Positions 13,207 through 27,067 of a stretch of DNA of 64,000 nt are shown here, piece after piece; position 1 is the first letter of the stretch, and every line of letters starts with the position of its first letter. Source of the DNA: Callorhinchus milii (taxonomy: Eukaryota); contig NW_024704745.1 in NCBI RefSeq assembly GCF_018977255.1, positions 55,242,001 to 55,306,000 on the forward strand. The letters run 5' to 3'. The translations under genes and the position numbers were made by a program. The notes below the pieces were generated by a model. That model made no database searches and had not been told where the DNA came from. It saw only the letters and a list, made by a program, of their open reading frames with translations.

Positions 13207-13596
13207 CTCTTCGGTGATCGATTCTGAATTTGCCGTGTTCATTACCAGATCTAATGTCGTAAGTAATTTCTGCATTCGCACCAGTGTCTTTGCTGGCAGC
13301 AAATATAGCCAGGACTTCAGTTTCCAGAGTTACATCTTCAGCCATTGTAACCATGTAGTCCCGCCTCTCAAACACCGGGGGATTGTCATTGATATCCAGC
13401 ACTGTGATGATGACTGTCGCCATCGCCGAGAGTTTCCAGGCCAATCCCTGATCTTTGGCTTTGACAGTGAGATTATACTGTGCTTGTTGCTCCCTGTCCA
13501 GTGCCTTTTCAAGTGTGATGATTCCAGACCATTCATCAATAGAGAAAAATCCATGCGCGTTATTGATCAGAGAGTATGCTACTTTTCGGTTTAGTC
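13207..13596 (-). CDS. FAT3: FAT3-type cadherin exon H (390 bp, phase 1-1)
   Basis: Acceptor ttgacag|GA CTA AAC and donor AGA G|gtaaaa. Encodes [10 protein letters not shown]...LDREQQAQY...[14 protein letters not shown]...[13 protein letters not shown]. Confidence 0.94.
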
Positions 13597-13994
13597 CTGT
13601 CAAAAACAGAAAGAACATTATTATCTACTAGATGACAATGCTTGAAATTTAATCCAAAGCAGGATATGTAAATGGCCCCATCAATACTAAGAGAACATTC
13701 GTATACAGTAAACACAGAACCTTAGTTTAGATTATTCATTGTAACTGAAGCAGGCTATATCGTAATTATAAAGAAGCATTTTCACTATTTTCCTTATTCT
13801 TATAAATGTCCCTATTTTATTTAACAGCATTGCTATAAATATACAAATGTGGTAGTTATTTTGAAACAGCTTCAGTGATGAAAATATTTTCTTGATTGTG
13901 CCAAATTGCTGAACTACATATACTTTATTGAATACAGAGGACTTATATTTCTGTTTATATAACTAATAAGTAATGTTTTTAGCAGGTACCATAT

Positions 13995-14300
13995 GATTTG
14001 ACATATCACTTTTCATGTCAGGAAGGATGTCTCAATGCGTTTCACAGGATATACTTTAGTAATGTCCCACAAACAGCCATGAAGGGAATAAACAATTTTA
14101 TTTGCGGGGATTGTTGACCAGGACATTGGGAGAATTTTCCTTCTCTTTTCAAATAGTATCATGGTTTAACATCCACCTGAACAGGCAAATGGGCCTTTGG
14201 CTTATCGTCTCATCAAAAGGATGTTACCTACAACAATGCAGAACATCCCCAGCAATGCACTGGGATGTCAGCCTAGACTATGAGTTCAAAGTCTTGACTT
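13995..14300 (-). mobile_element. DeuSINE, long family, degraded fragment
   Basis: cccacaaacagccatgaa...tttaacatccacctgaacaggcaaatggg is shared with the 27482 copy. Confidence 0.65.
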
Positions 14301-15055
14301 CCATGGGTATTAATGGGAGATTGTATAACTGGGAACAAGAAAGCTGTTACAATTTCTTGTGCTTACATACACATAGGATAACATCTTGATATTGCTTTTC
14401 TGCAATCTTACAGCAACATTTTTGCATTTTATATGAGGCTTTATGTCAAAACATCTCAAAAAGGAAAGTTATTTTAAGTGCAGTGATTTTTGTTATACAC
14501 AGCATAGACAAAAGTGGTAGCCAATCTGTAGGGCAATGAAATTAGTGAATTAGGATAAAACAAGTATCTTTCAAAACCACAAGGCAACTCTCTCAGCCTC
14601 TAAAAACCTACTAAAAGCAGCTTTTTGACACTGCCTTTGATGAGCATCCTTAAATATTTTATTTCCCTGTTCAGAAATGGAGATTAAAGAGATGTAATCT
14701 ACACATCTGCGTATAGATATCCAATATCAGACTTGTCAAGTGCTTCGAGACATTCTTTCATGTGAAAGGCACTATATAAACGCAAGTTGCTGCTTTTTAG
14801 TTCAGCTTTAACTCTCAGTTACACTGACACTGTATATTGCTGGTGCTTGGGGCCAGCCAAACTTTAAAACTGAGGCTCACACTTTCACAAGATTTCACAA
14901 CCGGAAATTACTTTTATTTCTCATTGCAATTGTATTACATTTCTTAAATTCAGACTTAAGTTGCAAGCTGGTTCGCAAACCAACGTCTAGATTGGATTTA
15001 AAATTAAGAACGTTACAAATTTCTGCATATTGTTAAAACTTTGGATAATGGGCTT

Positions 15056-15622
15056 TACAATACAATATTACATTTGTAAAGCACCCTTCATGTTGGGAGG
15101 ACGTCCCAAGGCGCCGGACAGTCAGGGACTTGGAGCCGAGTGGGGGGGGACCAGGAGGAGTGGGAGGCAGTAAGGCAGGAGGGTGGCCGAAGGCATGGCT
15201 GAAGAGGAGGGTCTTGAGGTGTGCCTTGAAGGAAGCAAGGGAGGGAGCGAAGTGAAGGGAATGTAGGATGGAGTTCCAGATGGGGCAGAGAAGCTGAAGG
15301 CCCGACCGCTGATGGTGTGGCGGTCCGGGTGGGGTACATGGAGCAGGCCAGAGCCTGCTGAGTGGAGGGAGTGGACAGGTTGATAAGGGGTTAGCGGGTA
15401 AGAAAGGTAGGAGGGGGCAAAGCCATGGAAGGCCTTGACGAGATTTTTGAACTCGATCCTCTGAAGGATGGGGAGCCAGTGGAGCTGGGCCAGGGCAGGG
15501 GTGATGGGGTCACAGAGCCTGGTGCGGGAGAGGACACAAGCTGCAGAGTTCTGGATGATCTGCAGCTTATGGAGGGAAGAGTTGGGAAGGCCGACAAGCA
15601 GGTTGTTGGCATAGTCGAGTTT
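15056..15622 (-). mobile_element. L2 LINE 3' end fragment
   Basis: Reverse complement reads LDYANNLL...LQIIQNSAA...HWLPILQRIEFK, followed by the same 3' UTR and tail as the 9863 copy. Confidence 0.82.
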
Positions 15623-18600
15623 TTAGGCTAGGTCCAGAGGAAATTAAGGTCGCTAGTTTCTCAAACAGACAATACAGAGACAGAAACATATAACTAACAA
15701 TCCGAAACATAATTCACACAATTGTTTGCTCCATATTTTAGAAGGTTAAGAATTATTTTGGCCACACAAAATATGCAGTCAATTCACTTTACAGCATATT
15801 CTGTGAAGCAATTTGAGAGACTCGAAGATGTGATAAGGCGCTATATTAAATGCAAGGCTTATTAATATTCTCAATTGCTACAGCAAACTGCTATGTGCTT
15901 TGACCCAATAAGGCTGAACTGGTGTTTTTCTCCTAGTCTAACCTTAATCGAATTCTCTGTTCCCTCCCCCCTTCTCTTCAATGTTCTTCTTTTCCAAGCA
16001 TTGAATTCACTTTTAAAAGAATTCACAGATTTTGCCTAAACAATGGTTTGTGGCAAGGAATTCCACATTCCAACCAACCATCTGCATACATGGAAGAAAG
16101 AGTTTGCTAACATCTGTTATGGCATTATGTTATTGCTGAATTATAATACACAGATGGTGTTTTTTTTAATGCCGCTGGGTACCGGCAGAGGTCTAATGAT
16201 CACTCTTTCAATTTGAAAAATTACATGATGCTCCAATGACATTTCCTTAAATTCGATGACACATGGTCATCAGGCAAATGATAATACCTATTTACGTGTT
16301 CTTTAATACAGACTAAATTTATATTTTAATGAGATAGAAGTTACATTCCTCCCGTGATCTCTACAGTGATTATACGGGCAAAGGTTGTATTTTAAACTCA
16401 TTTTCTGGTGTTGCATCAGGAATGCTGGCTCAAATAGAAACAGAGACATAAATTGTCTCACTATCACAAGGGAAAAGTTGGTTTTGTGCCAATGGGTAGC
16501 TTTTCAATGTGCAAAGAACTCAGCTTCTTATGTTACCACCAATAGATGGATATACAATGAGATTTCCAGTAACACTAAGTTGAATTGTGAATCAAATCGT
16601 TGTCTAACCTTTCACCCTTTAGGATTATCTTTTGAATTTATTAACTAAATTGCTGTACAAATATTGAATTTGCTTGAAAATTAACAACATCAAGAAACAT
16701 TTACAGAATTATTGAAAGTTGCTGTTATAATTGCATACATGAGCGAGAGGGAATCGAGGGGTGTGAGAGGATGGGGGGGTTGGAGGCTTGTATGGAGTAT
16801 AAATACCAGCATCTTGAAGGAGACACTTGAATTGGCATTTGGGGTTGCATGATTTCAGTGAAAAAGTAAATAGTTGAGTGCCTTCCCTGCAGTATTATGA
16901 TTTAATATCCTCTATATCCTCTAAATCAAAACAAACTCTTAATGCGAATAACTGTATTGCGATTCAACCCACTCCAATCTGCTGATGGAGTATACCTCCA
17001 CATTTTCACAATTATATGAAGTGTAACTTTGATTATCCATCAATTCCATTTGTCATCTGGACTTGGCGGATAATCAAGATCAGAACCACAACTAAGGCAT
17101 TTGTTAGCATCTGCTGTTAGTTGGATTGCTAAAAAGAAATCCAAAACGTTACAATTGCACGCTTCGTAAATTAGATTCTTCTCCCAAGATTTTATTTCAA
17201 AGATACACTACATACTTGTCAAGGGGTTCTTATTGTCTTTATTGAAGATTAAAAACCCAACTAAAATCAAGTGATTTTCCTCTCACTAGTCAATTGCTCA
17301 AACTAGCCCTCTCACCATCTCAAAGTGCAGGTTTCAATGCAGGATAGTCTGTTCAAATTATGAGCGCATCTTCCTAGCAAAACAGTTAGTTCTAACAGTT
17401 GACCAACTTTTGGCAGTAGGTCTCCAGAGCAGAACAAGGTCAGAGTCCTGCTAATGCAGCAAACATAAGGCAAGGACATATGCGACTGTACACCTGATAC
17501 CACCTCCCAAAACAATTTGTGCTTTCAGATTTTACTTTGCAATGAACCATCAAAAGCAATAGTCACAGGGTTCTCCAAAGTAACTGTAAATGGGCCTCCA
17601 GCAAACAGACCAATCATGTCAATAAGAATGATACATTTCAAACCACTGATTTATTACTGTTATTAAAATTAGACATTTGTGGGAAGTTTTTATATCCTAG
17701 CTGACCAGTGACATTTGGCTACAATGAGCGTAATGATTTGTGGGAAACCTGTATACGAGGTGGAAGGAGGTTAAGTGAAAGTTACCTGCGATATTACCGT
17801 GCACTATTAGTGCGGCTCGCTTGGAAAATTTCAAATTTTAATATTGTTACGTGGACAGGATTTTGTTGGCATCTAATATACGGCAATTTACAACAAGATT
17901 CCTTACTAGGGAAAGCGTATGTTACACTTACTACCAGTCAGGAATTCAGTGCAATATCATCCTGCTTTCAGCATAGAATTCCCACTGATGGGTGACATTC
18001 TTCCAGCTGTCTGGAAGGAGCTCCAATCATTAATTAAGAAAACCTGTTAGAAATCACTGCATGTTCCACTTCATTGACAGTATTTCACTGTAAACAGGCT
18101 GTAAAACAAACATTTTTTTCCCCACAACTATATTTGATATAATCAACCTGGAAAGTCTGCCAGAATAAATCATTTTCAATACAGATCTATGAACGTATTA
18201 CGAAACAATGTGACAATTTCTACTCAGAGAGTAAATTAGAACTCAATCCTATTTTGGGAGCAGCAGAGTGAGTTTTGCGTTTGGACTGATGTGTCTTATA
18301 TCATAAATGTAAAAGGCCTCTCTTCAGATGAAAGTCCGTGGATACAAAACATCAGTCAGGCATAGGACATTGAGTTCATGCAAATTTTATTTCATTGCTC
18401 TCTCATATAATAGCTTGCACTGTCACTATTTGATAACTGAAGCAGTGTTATCCCAAACAGCTATTTGTGATTCAGTATTAAAGAAGGGACAGGGATGGTT
18501 TTGCAATGCTGTGTTCAGTAAACCTATCTGGTCACCAAATACAATGCATATCTTTTCCCTCCTTATAAATTTATAATTTATCCTATGTAATTACATTAGG

Positions 18601-19451
18601 GAATTAGAAAATGTTATATTATTAGGGGATATTAAAATAACTCCGTAGAAGAAGAATTTCATCAGATATGTGGTAAGACTGAAACAAACCGAAAGGATTT
18701 TCTAAAGTTAATATGGAGACTTTAATTAATACAGAAGACTTATTTTGCTCACACTGATATGGGCGAATATCACTCTTAAACATTGTGATGGGTTTCCACA
18801 TGTGTCAGACCCAGCTGACCAAAAAAAAAGATCCTTTTTTGCCCATAATGATTTTATGAAGACTATTTTTCAAGTCTGGATGGAAACGGTTATCAGCAGC
18901 TATCAAGCATAATGTGAGTTTCGGTAACGAGGCATAAAATTGGATCATTTGATTTGATGGTTTAAACTTTCAACATAAACATAAAAGATATAAGAATTTG
19001 AAGCAAGGGTTTGTCAAAACAAACTGCAAATGACGTTGGCCAAAATGTATTTGGTACAGCAAAGAAATAGGTGGGAGAGGTATTTCAAGTTTTTATTAAC
19101 ATTTATTAATCTTAGGTTGATAAAGATGTCCTCAAGATAAGTGTTAACATTACTGATGCCTCGACAATAACAGTGCCTCTTGACATAAACTGTTTCTCAT
19201 GTAGATTAGCTGATGCATGCCAACTCATGATGAATTTACACAAATCAACAAAATTATGCATTATGCTGACTTGTGGACCTCAGGTCCAACATCCAAGATC
19301 ACCTTGAGGTTTCACGAGTTGGCATGAGGTACATGAAAGTAAGTGTGTATCACTGATGCTTTTCCAGTGTCTAAGTGCCAGCTATATTACAGCTTCCCTA
19401 AGCAGTACTCTTTCAACCCTAATGTTTACAGACCCAATTACAGCGTTCTCA

Positions 19452-20020
19452 TCACAAGATCACAAGATTAGTTTGGGTGAGGAAGGTCTTTCGGCCCATC
19501 TGGTCTCATCCCTCCAGAATACCCACCCTCCAGAACACAACCCCATTACAGCATCAAGCTGTTATTTAAATGTTCTGGCCTCAACCACTGTTTTCTGACA
19601 ACGCTTGCTGACAACTTGTTTCAGTCATTAATTACCTTCTGTGTAAATAAGTAGATCCTGGTATCTCTCTGGAAATTGTCCTTTGCAACTCTAAACATAA
19701 GTCTACTTGTTCTACTGTCTTGATGCATCTTAAAACATTGTTCTTTATTTTGGAAAACATTTTTTAAATTAAAAGTGTTATACACCTCTATGATGACTGC
19801 TCTGAAGCATTTTCTATCAAGACTGAAGAACCCCCAGCTTGCCTAGCTCTCCTGGACACCACATTTAAAGCCTTGGCAACTACTTATGTTGCAGTAACCA
19901 GAACTGTATACTATACTCTAAATGCAGCCTGACCAGAGTACTATACAGCCTAAACTATGATAGCTGAGATATAAACGCAAGTGATATAACGATATAGCCC
20001 AGCATCCTGTTGTTCTGTCT
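19452..20020 (-). mobile_element. CR1 3' fragment, (ATCTTGTG)n-tailed family
   Basis: Tail tcacaagatcacaaga. Reverse complement includes LYSTLVRLHLEYSIQFW-like and LGFFSL-like segments. Confidence 0.75.
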
Positions 20021-20024
20021 GTTG

Positions 20025-20335
20025 AGAAGTCTTGTCAGTGATGCTGGAGTGAACGAGGAGACAACATTGCTCCAAATGCCTTTACATTGTTCTTCCTCAG
20101 ATGTAGTGCTACATGTTGAGGAGAATGTTACCATTTCCATCAGGCTCTAAACAAGCAAGGACTTGTTCAATCTCAAGCAGCTGCTGGAAAGAAGGAAAAC
20201 TGTGACGATCCCATTCACAATTTCCACTTGTGAAATGTCTGCACCCTGGTGGCTGGGTGCTTCAGACTTGTAAGCCTGCTGCAATCTGCTGCTAGCAATC
20301 AGCATTGACTTCCTGGCATCAGGGTCAAAAACTAA
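20025..20335 (+). mobile_element. Degenerate RTE-clade LINE RT fragment
   Basis: With frameshifts it reads AGV.RGDNIAPNAFTLFF...DLFNLKQL...PIHNFHL*NVCTLVA...DL*A. This resembles the RTE RT motifs GVKQGCVLAP, GKLFNLRRL and LQFADDCALVA. Confidence 0.5.
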
Positions 20336-21160
20336 CAGCTGGAGACAGTTTAGCAATCCACCTAGCTGGTTATCTATTGCACATCTACATTTTTCTAACA
20401 TTAGCTAACAGAGGAATTCCAGGCCTGGTATTCTAAGTGGCTCTAACCAAAGTATTATTGTGAACTCTTGGCACAATTTCTGCAGCTTTATATTCCACTG
20501 TTCTAGCTTCATATTTCAGCATTTTCTTTGTTTGTTTCAACTGTTGCATTTGCCATTATCTCCAGGGTCATTACAAAGTCTCCCCTGCTCTAATTTGATC
20601 CATTCATTGTGCACCAAGATGCCCATTTTGTCTAGCTATGTATAATATTTCGCATCTATCAGAGTTACATTTCATTTACCATTTGCCTGCCCAATTGTGC
20701 AATCAATCTAAATATTTCTTATTTAACCCATACATTACTGAGTTCCATCTAACATTACAATTACCCATTTTAAAAACTCATTTGTGTAAATGCTACACAA
20801 AAATATGTTTGCAAACCCATAAGTGAATCTTGGCATATCATAATTAGAACTAGCTACTAGTTGAGGTTCTCATTGGCAGCCGAATAAAACAATCTCCAAT
20901 GTGCAGAAAGCCCACTTAGCAAACATTACCAGGTTTAAATTTGTCATTTCCCCTGGCAAGGGAATTATTAAGGCAGATGCAGATTTAGTGCAACTAAAAC
21001 TGGCAGTAAATAAGCTACTGCTTTCCTTCAGGAATATCGTGACTCTTGATGACAGAAATTGCATAAACAGCATGAAAGAAAATAATAGGTCAAGTTATCA
21101 GAACTGAAGGAAAAGATGGAAAGAGAATGAAAAGAACAGGTTGGGAACATGGAATCTTGT

Positions 21161-21206
21161 GGGGGGGAGGGGACGAGAGGGGGGGAGGGGACGAGAGGGG
21201 GAGAGA
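21161..21206. repeat. G-rich purine tandem repeat (about 19-bp unit, two copies)
   Basis: ggggggaggggacgagagg repeated; potential G-quadruplex. Confidence 0.7.
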
Positions 21207-22814
21207 AACAAGATGGAGAACATTAAACCCCAAAAGAATAGGTCACGCAGATGGGACTCAGTCCACAAATTGAGAATAGAAAGGGCAGATGACAGTGTCT
21301 GAGATAGAATTGCTAAGAAAAGATTTCTGTAAACTTCCCCTCCTTTATTAATGGTTATCTGTTTTGTTGCATCAGAGTTCTAAATGCATGGTAAAAAAAA
21401 GATTTATTTCAGAGTAAGGCAGAGTTGATTCAGGTTATGACTCATTAGCCTATAAAATGGTCAGCGTTTCAAAAGTAGAAAGTGCATTTTAAGATCAGTG
21501 ATGGTTTTAAAAAAAAGGAACTGCAATGTGAAATATTGATTTTGTGTCCTTCGGCCTCCACTCTAATCCTTATTGACTAGGAACAAATGGAGGGGTCTCT
21601 GAAGAGTAACTAGCGGGACGCAACAGATCGAACATAGTTGAGATGATTGCTGTTAGTATTTGGGTACCATGGGAATAAACCCTGTGTGTGCTGTAAATGA
21701 ACATTTATGATATGTGCAATCTAAATTAGTGGAGGAGGAGAACAGCAGACAATCTAACTGCAATGCATAAAAGTAACTTGAAAATTTACAGTCAGATTAA
21801 AATGTTATTAGGGGCATAAAATCAATTTGATCTTTAAAGTGTTTCAGCCATGCTCTATGGTGCTGAGGAGATGGGGGAGGAATTCAGTATGTGATGAGAA
21901 GGGAGATATGCAGGTGAGTGATAAACAACCAAAGCAATAAAAACATGTTACTTACATACATCCAACAGCCGAGCTGGAACACAATATTGAGAATGTTTGT
22001 TCCCAAGTGTGGTGAGTATGGCTACATGGTTACATGCATCACTCACTCAGCACATGAGAGGGAGCAAGCAGAATTTCAAGCATGTAGACTTAAGTGCATG
22101 CACATGGCTCTGCTCACAGATCTCTGGCTGGCAGCAACAAACCTGGAGTTATAAAAAGGCTGGCAGAAAACTGCTTTCTATCATTTGAAAGTTAAAATGG
22201 ACTAAAACTATAGCAAATTGTATTTATATAGCGCCTTTCACATAGGGTAGTGTCTCAGAGCGCTGCCTGAGTTTTTAGACCTTTAAAAAATAACAATTAA
22301 TAATATTGATCCTTGAATGTGATATAGTGCCTCATACGTCTCAAAGTACTGCACAAGATTTAACTGTAATATGTAGTGACTGATATTTTGAAAGTGAATG
22401 AGGCACATGTGCGCACTCAGCTATGTCCTGCAACTATGAAGTGAATGACCAAGTGAATGACGAAAGTAATGTTTTGAACAAAAATAATTTTAGATACTTA
22501 ATACTCAATACTCATCTCAGGTGGCTTTGTTGTTCACTCTTATTACAGTATGTACACCTGGTATGTACTATCATGCAAATGATTGCACCTCATCCACTGT
22601 GTGTGTCCAGTTAAAATAACCTGCTGTTCATCCTTCATTAAATTATTATTTTGTTCAATTGAGTTTCTATCCAATATTGAGAGAAAGGACCTTTTACTCC
22701 AAATCAATCAGTTTGAATTATTTAAAGCAAAATCTCATTTATAAATCAACTGAAATTTCCAGCAAAAGAAAAGCTGCAAAAGCTTTGTCAAAAAAAGGAT
22801 TTCAGATGTGCACA

Positions 22815-23340
22815 AAAGAGGTTCAGATGAAGAAGTCCCATTGGACCATTTTATCTCATCCTTTCAGAATACCCATTCTACCATCCTCAGATCACAGCAT
22901 CAAGCTGCTTTTTAAATGAGTCCTGTTCCTATCATTCATTACCTTCTGGTTACAGAAATACTTCCTGAGGTCTTTCCTGAAATTGCTCTTACAGGTGACT
23001 TGAAGGTATTGTTCTTGAATTTATTTTCTCAATCCCACTTAAAATCTTATATATCCGGACTGCATTTACCAATAAGACAACTAAGCCATGGCTTTGGGCC
23101 CCAAGGTCCGAGGGGTATCGCATTTGGTTGATGCCTTTGCCTCCCACTCCACTTCTCTTGTCATCGCTCTCCACACTGTTTCATACCTCATGTGAGCAAC
23201 AGGAAGAAAGCTGGCATGGGAGGTATGAGGCAGAGAGTTATCTGGCTTAGGGCTCCTGGGCCCTGTACATACTCCTCTAAGGGCTTTTCTGAAATGTACC
23301 TTTCAAAGCTGAATAGCCCTAGCTTGTCTAATCAATCATT
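22815..23340 (-). mobile_element. CR1 3' fragment (degraded) interrupted by about 230 bp of unrelated sequence
   Basis: ggttcagatgaagaagtccc...atcacagcatcaagctgctttttaaatgag at the left end and aagctgaatagccctagcttgtctaatc at the right end. Confidence 0.55.
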
Positions 23341-24196
23341 TTTTAACCAATGTAAATTCAATGGGAGGGGGAATTAACTCAGAAGGTACTAAAGTCAAAC
23401 ACAGATGGAATTCGTTGAAGCATCATAGATAGAGAAAGCAAATATTGTGCTGGAATCAGCTGTAAAAGAAAACTATGAGTTAGAATTGATTGAAAAAGCA
23501 ATAGTTGCACTACTCTAATAATACATTGTACAATTCTCTTGAAAATGCAAGGATTGAAATAACATGTTTAAACCAAAATATAGCATTTTTATGTGAGCCT
23601 TTTGAGGTCCCTCAACTGTTGACTTGAATGGCAGTCAAACTACAAGAATAATTCAAGTGCTATGTGCGTCTTTGAAATATGCCAACTTGAAATTCAATAG
23701 TGGTTGCAAGGCTGTAGTTAACCTGTCAAATTATGCATCTAATAGTTGTTTTTATTTTCCATGATTATGCGTGCAGAAAACAGAGATCAAAGCAGTGACC
23801 GCATAACTCATGCGTCGTACTAGAACTCTTTTATCATGACTTGTCAGTGCTGTAAATCACTGATCCCACACCAGCATTCTTTTCATATAACACATTTAAT
23901 GTATATTTTTGTCAAGAGTTTAAATTGTCATTGATGATTACGACAGTTTGGGGTAGACTTTCAATGGGGATTCAGTCACTTGATCACTTGAGTGATCTGG
24001 ATGGTGAAATAAAGTGAACTGTCCCAAAACAATTCACCAATGAAGAAAAAAAATCACAGAAATTTGTTATAATTAAACCAGAGACTTTGGAGACTGAGTG
24101 ATTTGCAAAACAAATCAAGTGACCCATTTCAATAGCTGTATTTTAAAATAAACTTTTATACTGTGTGGTAACTATATTCTGGTCTGGGTAATTGCA

Positions 24197-24516
24197 GGAG
24201 ACCTGTAGCTCAGTGGTTAGAGCACTCGCTTTGCAAGCGGGAGACCTGAGTTCAATTCCAGGCAGGGCGAAACCTTGGGCAAGTTTCCTTACTCCACACG
24301 CCTAATAATAATCCCTCCAAACAATAATAAATTGGTCATTTTCAATCTACGACTGTTTGTGGGACATTGCTGTGCGCAATTGGCTGCCGCGTTCGCCCAC
24401 AAATATACAGTCAATTCACTTTACAGTGTATTCTGTGAAGCGCTTTGGGATGTCCTCCCGACGTGAAAAGCGCTATATCAAATGCAAGGATTAGTATTAT
24501 TATTATTATTATTATT
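24197..24516 (+). mobile_element. tRNA-derived SINE, short family, young full-length copy
   Basis: tRNA-Ala-like head with the anticodon-like loop TTTGCAA, A and B boxes, Deu-like body and tail AAGCGCTTTGGG...AAAAGCGCTATATCAAATGCAAGG(ATT)n. About 95% identical by eye to the copies at 36212 and 47792. Confidence 0.93.
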
Positions 24517-25136
24517 TAGTCCATTGCATTTCTAGGTTTGTATTCCATTGGGTTCACTCAGCACTTCACTGTTTCAAGTTTGGAAAAATTATCATGTCTA
24601 GAAGGGTATGGAAAGCAAGGAAAAGGAAGTGTGGTCTCCTTGGGTCTGCCCATGCACTCCTGTAATTCACTCACTCTTTTATTGTTATGGCATAGGCAGT
24701 AGCTCGAGTGGATTTGAATGAAGACAATTAAACAATGGGCATTGTGAGCTACAAAGCTACAAGGAGCTAAAGGAATACACAAGTCTGTTTTTACCAACAA
24801 AATGTAAAAAGTGCAAGGTCAGATTCTCAGGATACCCAGGATGATATCCTGGATGCATGGATTCCAAACAGATTAAAACTGGTTCTCTGGTGTTGCTTAC
24901 ATTTACGATTTATAACTGTGATGTTATTACAGCAGGATTATTCAGATATAATCTGGGGTTGACCATCGGTAAAATGTTATGTTAGGTCATAAATCAAGCA
25001 TATTGCTTTCTGTGGCTTTTGCAGTTGCTATCACGTTAGAAATAAATAAAATACAAGTCAGCTTGTCTGCTTTCTTATCTTGCTGGTGCAGTACGAACTG
25101 CGTCAAGAGGTTTAAGAATGGAATGCATTGACTTAC

Positions 25137-25370
25137 CCATATCTGGGTCTGTTGCTTGAACTCTGGCAAGTAAAACTTTGATTACTGTATTCTCATAGAC
25201 AGACACAGCATAATGTTTGGAGGAGAACACAGGGGGATTGTCATTCACGTCCTCCAGTCGTAGAATGATTTCTGACTGGCAGTAACGCCTGCCACCATCA
25301 GTCGCTTTGGCGATCAAGTTATATACTTGCGTTTCCTCACGGTCCAAAGCAGACAATGTTTTCAGTTCAC
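25137..25370 (-). CDS. FAT3: FAT3-type cadherin exon G (234 bp, phase 1-1)
   Basis: Acceptor cccacag|GT GAA CTG and donor ATG G|gtaagt. Encodes [19 protein letters not shown]...RVQATDPDM. Confidence 0.94.
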
Positions 25371-25447
25371 CTGTGGGATTAACATGTACAACAGGAATTA
25401 AATAAGAATTCTGGAAAACAATTTAGAATGGAACTTGCTGGAGCCAC

Positions 25448-25590
25448 AGCTGAGTTATCCATAATAGATCCAGAAGGATCCTGGTGCAATCTCTCATTTA
25501 TCCTAAGTTAACTGATCGGAGCCAGTACCATGTTGGAGCCTTGACATCTCTATGGTTAAGAAAGGGGAGGGGAAGAATTCACCAAGCTTG
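25448..25590 (+). mobile_element. AmnSINE2-like ancient SINE, 5' fragment
   Basis: ctgag...ccata...ccagaaggatcctggtgcaatc...ctaagttaactgatc.gagccag...ggttaagaaaggggag resembles the AmnSINE2 5' half as I recall it; not verified by alignment. Confidence 0.4.
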
Positions 25591-25869
25591 TAAATAATAT
25601 ATCATAATCCTCTCGCTGAATCTGTTCCATTTCCAGCTCTCATTTTCTGGCACAGCTGAGCCATTCTTCCATTAGCTCGAGGCTGGTAATAGGCTCAAAA
25701 GCCTCATCTCTTCCACTCTTTTTTTATTGCTCAGCCAGATCAAAACCGTCAGTTAAAACTCAGATGTATTTTTACTTCTCTTTTTTTCACATTTCCCCTC
25801 TCTCCCACTGCAACACTAGTAAAATCCTAGGATGCCCCAATCTCAGGATAATCTGAGACTATTCATAAA

Positions 25870-26120
25870 AACATAAGAATTGATTGACGAAAGAAGACCA
25901 AGGTCCATCAAGTGGAGTCTGTTGCATACAGTTACTGCTCGTTCACTGAAATAGTGTTTCCAGCGATTTGTTTTGAATTTATCCCCCTTCAATCGCAGGC
26001 CATGTCCTCTGGTTCTACTGTCCTGGACAAGATAAAACAGCTTACCATTATTATGTCTCTCTAGAATCTTAAAAAATGCAATCATATCACCTCTCAAGAG
26101 ACTATTCAATTTGAGGCTGA
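25870..26120 (-). mobile_element. CR1 3' fragment
   Basis: Reads LRGDMI.FFKIL...DSRTRGHGLRLKG.KFKTN.WKHYFSERAV. Confidence 0.78.
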
Positions 26121-27067
26121 ATTTGACAAGATTTGTTTTTTTGGATCCCAGTTAAAGAGACTGTAGACTTAAACTAGAACAGAAACTGGTTTGGCTACTG
26201 CTGCTCTACATCAACTCTGATGATATCTATCCTGGACTCTGGCTGAAGATTGTGATCACCATATCCTGTTTGGCAAGTTTTCATTAAAATTAGCTTTCAA
26301 TATATAGCAGTGGGAAGCAAATAAAAATATGCATAAATAAGTGCAAAACCACATATACCATACAATTTACATTTATAAGGGAGGATGACTCAAAGCTCTT
26401 TACCCAGCTAATGTTTAGAAGTACTTAGCACAAAACTTTTAACAGGAGTAAAAGGTACTAGATCAAACACATTTATAATGTTCAGAAAGCAAATCTAGCC
26501 TTAAAATGTATTACATTATGTGTAACCACCAAAAAAATTGGATTTATAGTTGTGAAATCTTTCAAGATACACATGTTCTACAGGGTTGAGATCACTCACT
26601 AACATTTTATTTTTAAATATTAACAACACGTTTCTTAAGAGAAGGCCTGGCCAATAATCTCCCAGATAAAAAAAATGATCATTCACTTCATAGCTGTTTG
26701 TGGACGATGCTGTGTGCAAATTGGCTGCTGTGTTCACCTTCAAAACAAAAGCCACTAGCACTTCACAGAAAATCTTTGAGACATTTCAATGCGAGAAGAT
26801 GTAATATAAAATACAAAGATTATTTTATTTAAAATGTACCAAGAAATAAAAAAAATTAAACTAATTCTGATTTTTTCTACAATCAAATTTAATGTGAAGT
26901 TGTAAGCTGACAGAAGAGCATTAAATCATATTCTTGCACCAGATATGTCAGCTCTGATAAATTTACTCTCATTGTCCTCAAGATAATTCTGAATGAGAAT
27001 CTGTTCTAATTCTCATATATCATGTATGATATATTTCAGTGTTTCTTTTTAAAAAAGGATTTTGGAA

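Noticed and set aside
13139-13594. Plus-strand ORFs overlapping exons (also 1802-2197, 37118-40462 and 49848-50057)
   Set aside because: Antisense shadows of the cadherin coding exons with no independent protein features.
24197-24270. Apparent tRNA-Ala(TGC) gene
   Set aside because: There is no proper acceptor stem, it runs straight into a SINE body and tail, and it recurs in dispersed copies: it is a SINE head.
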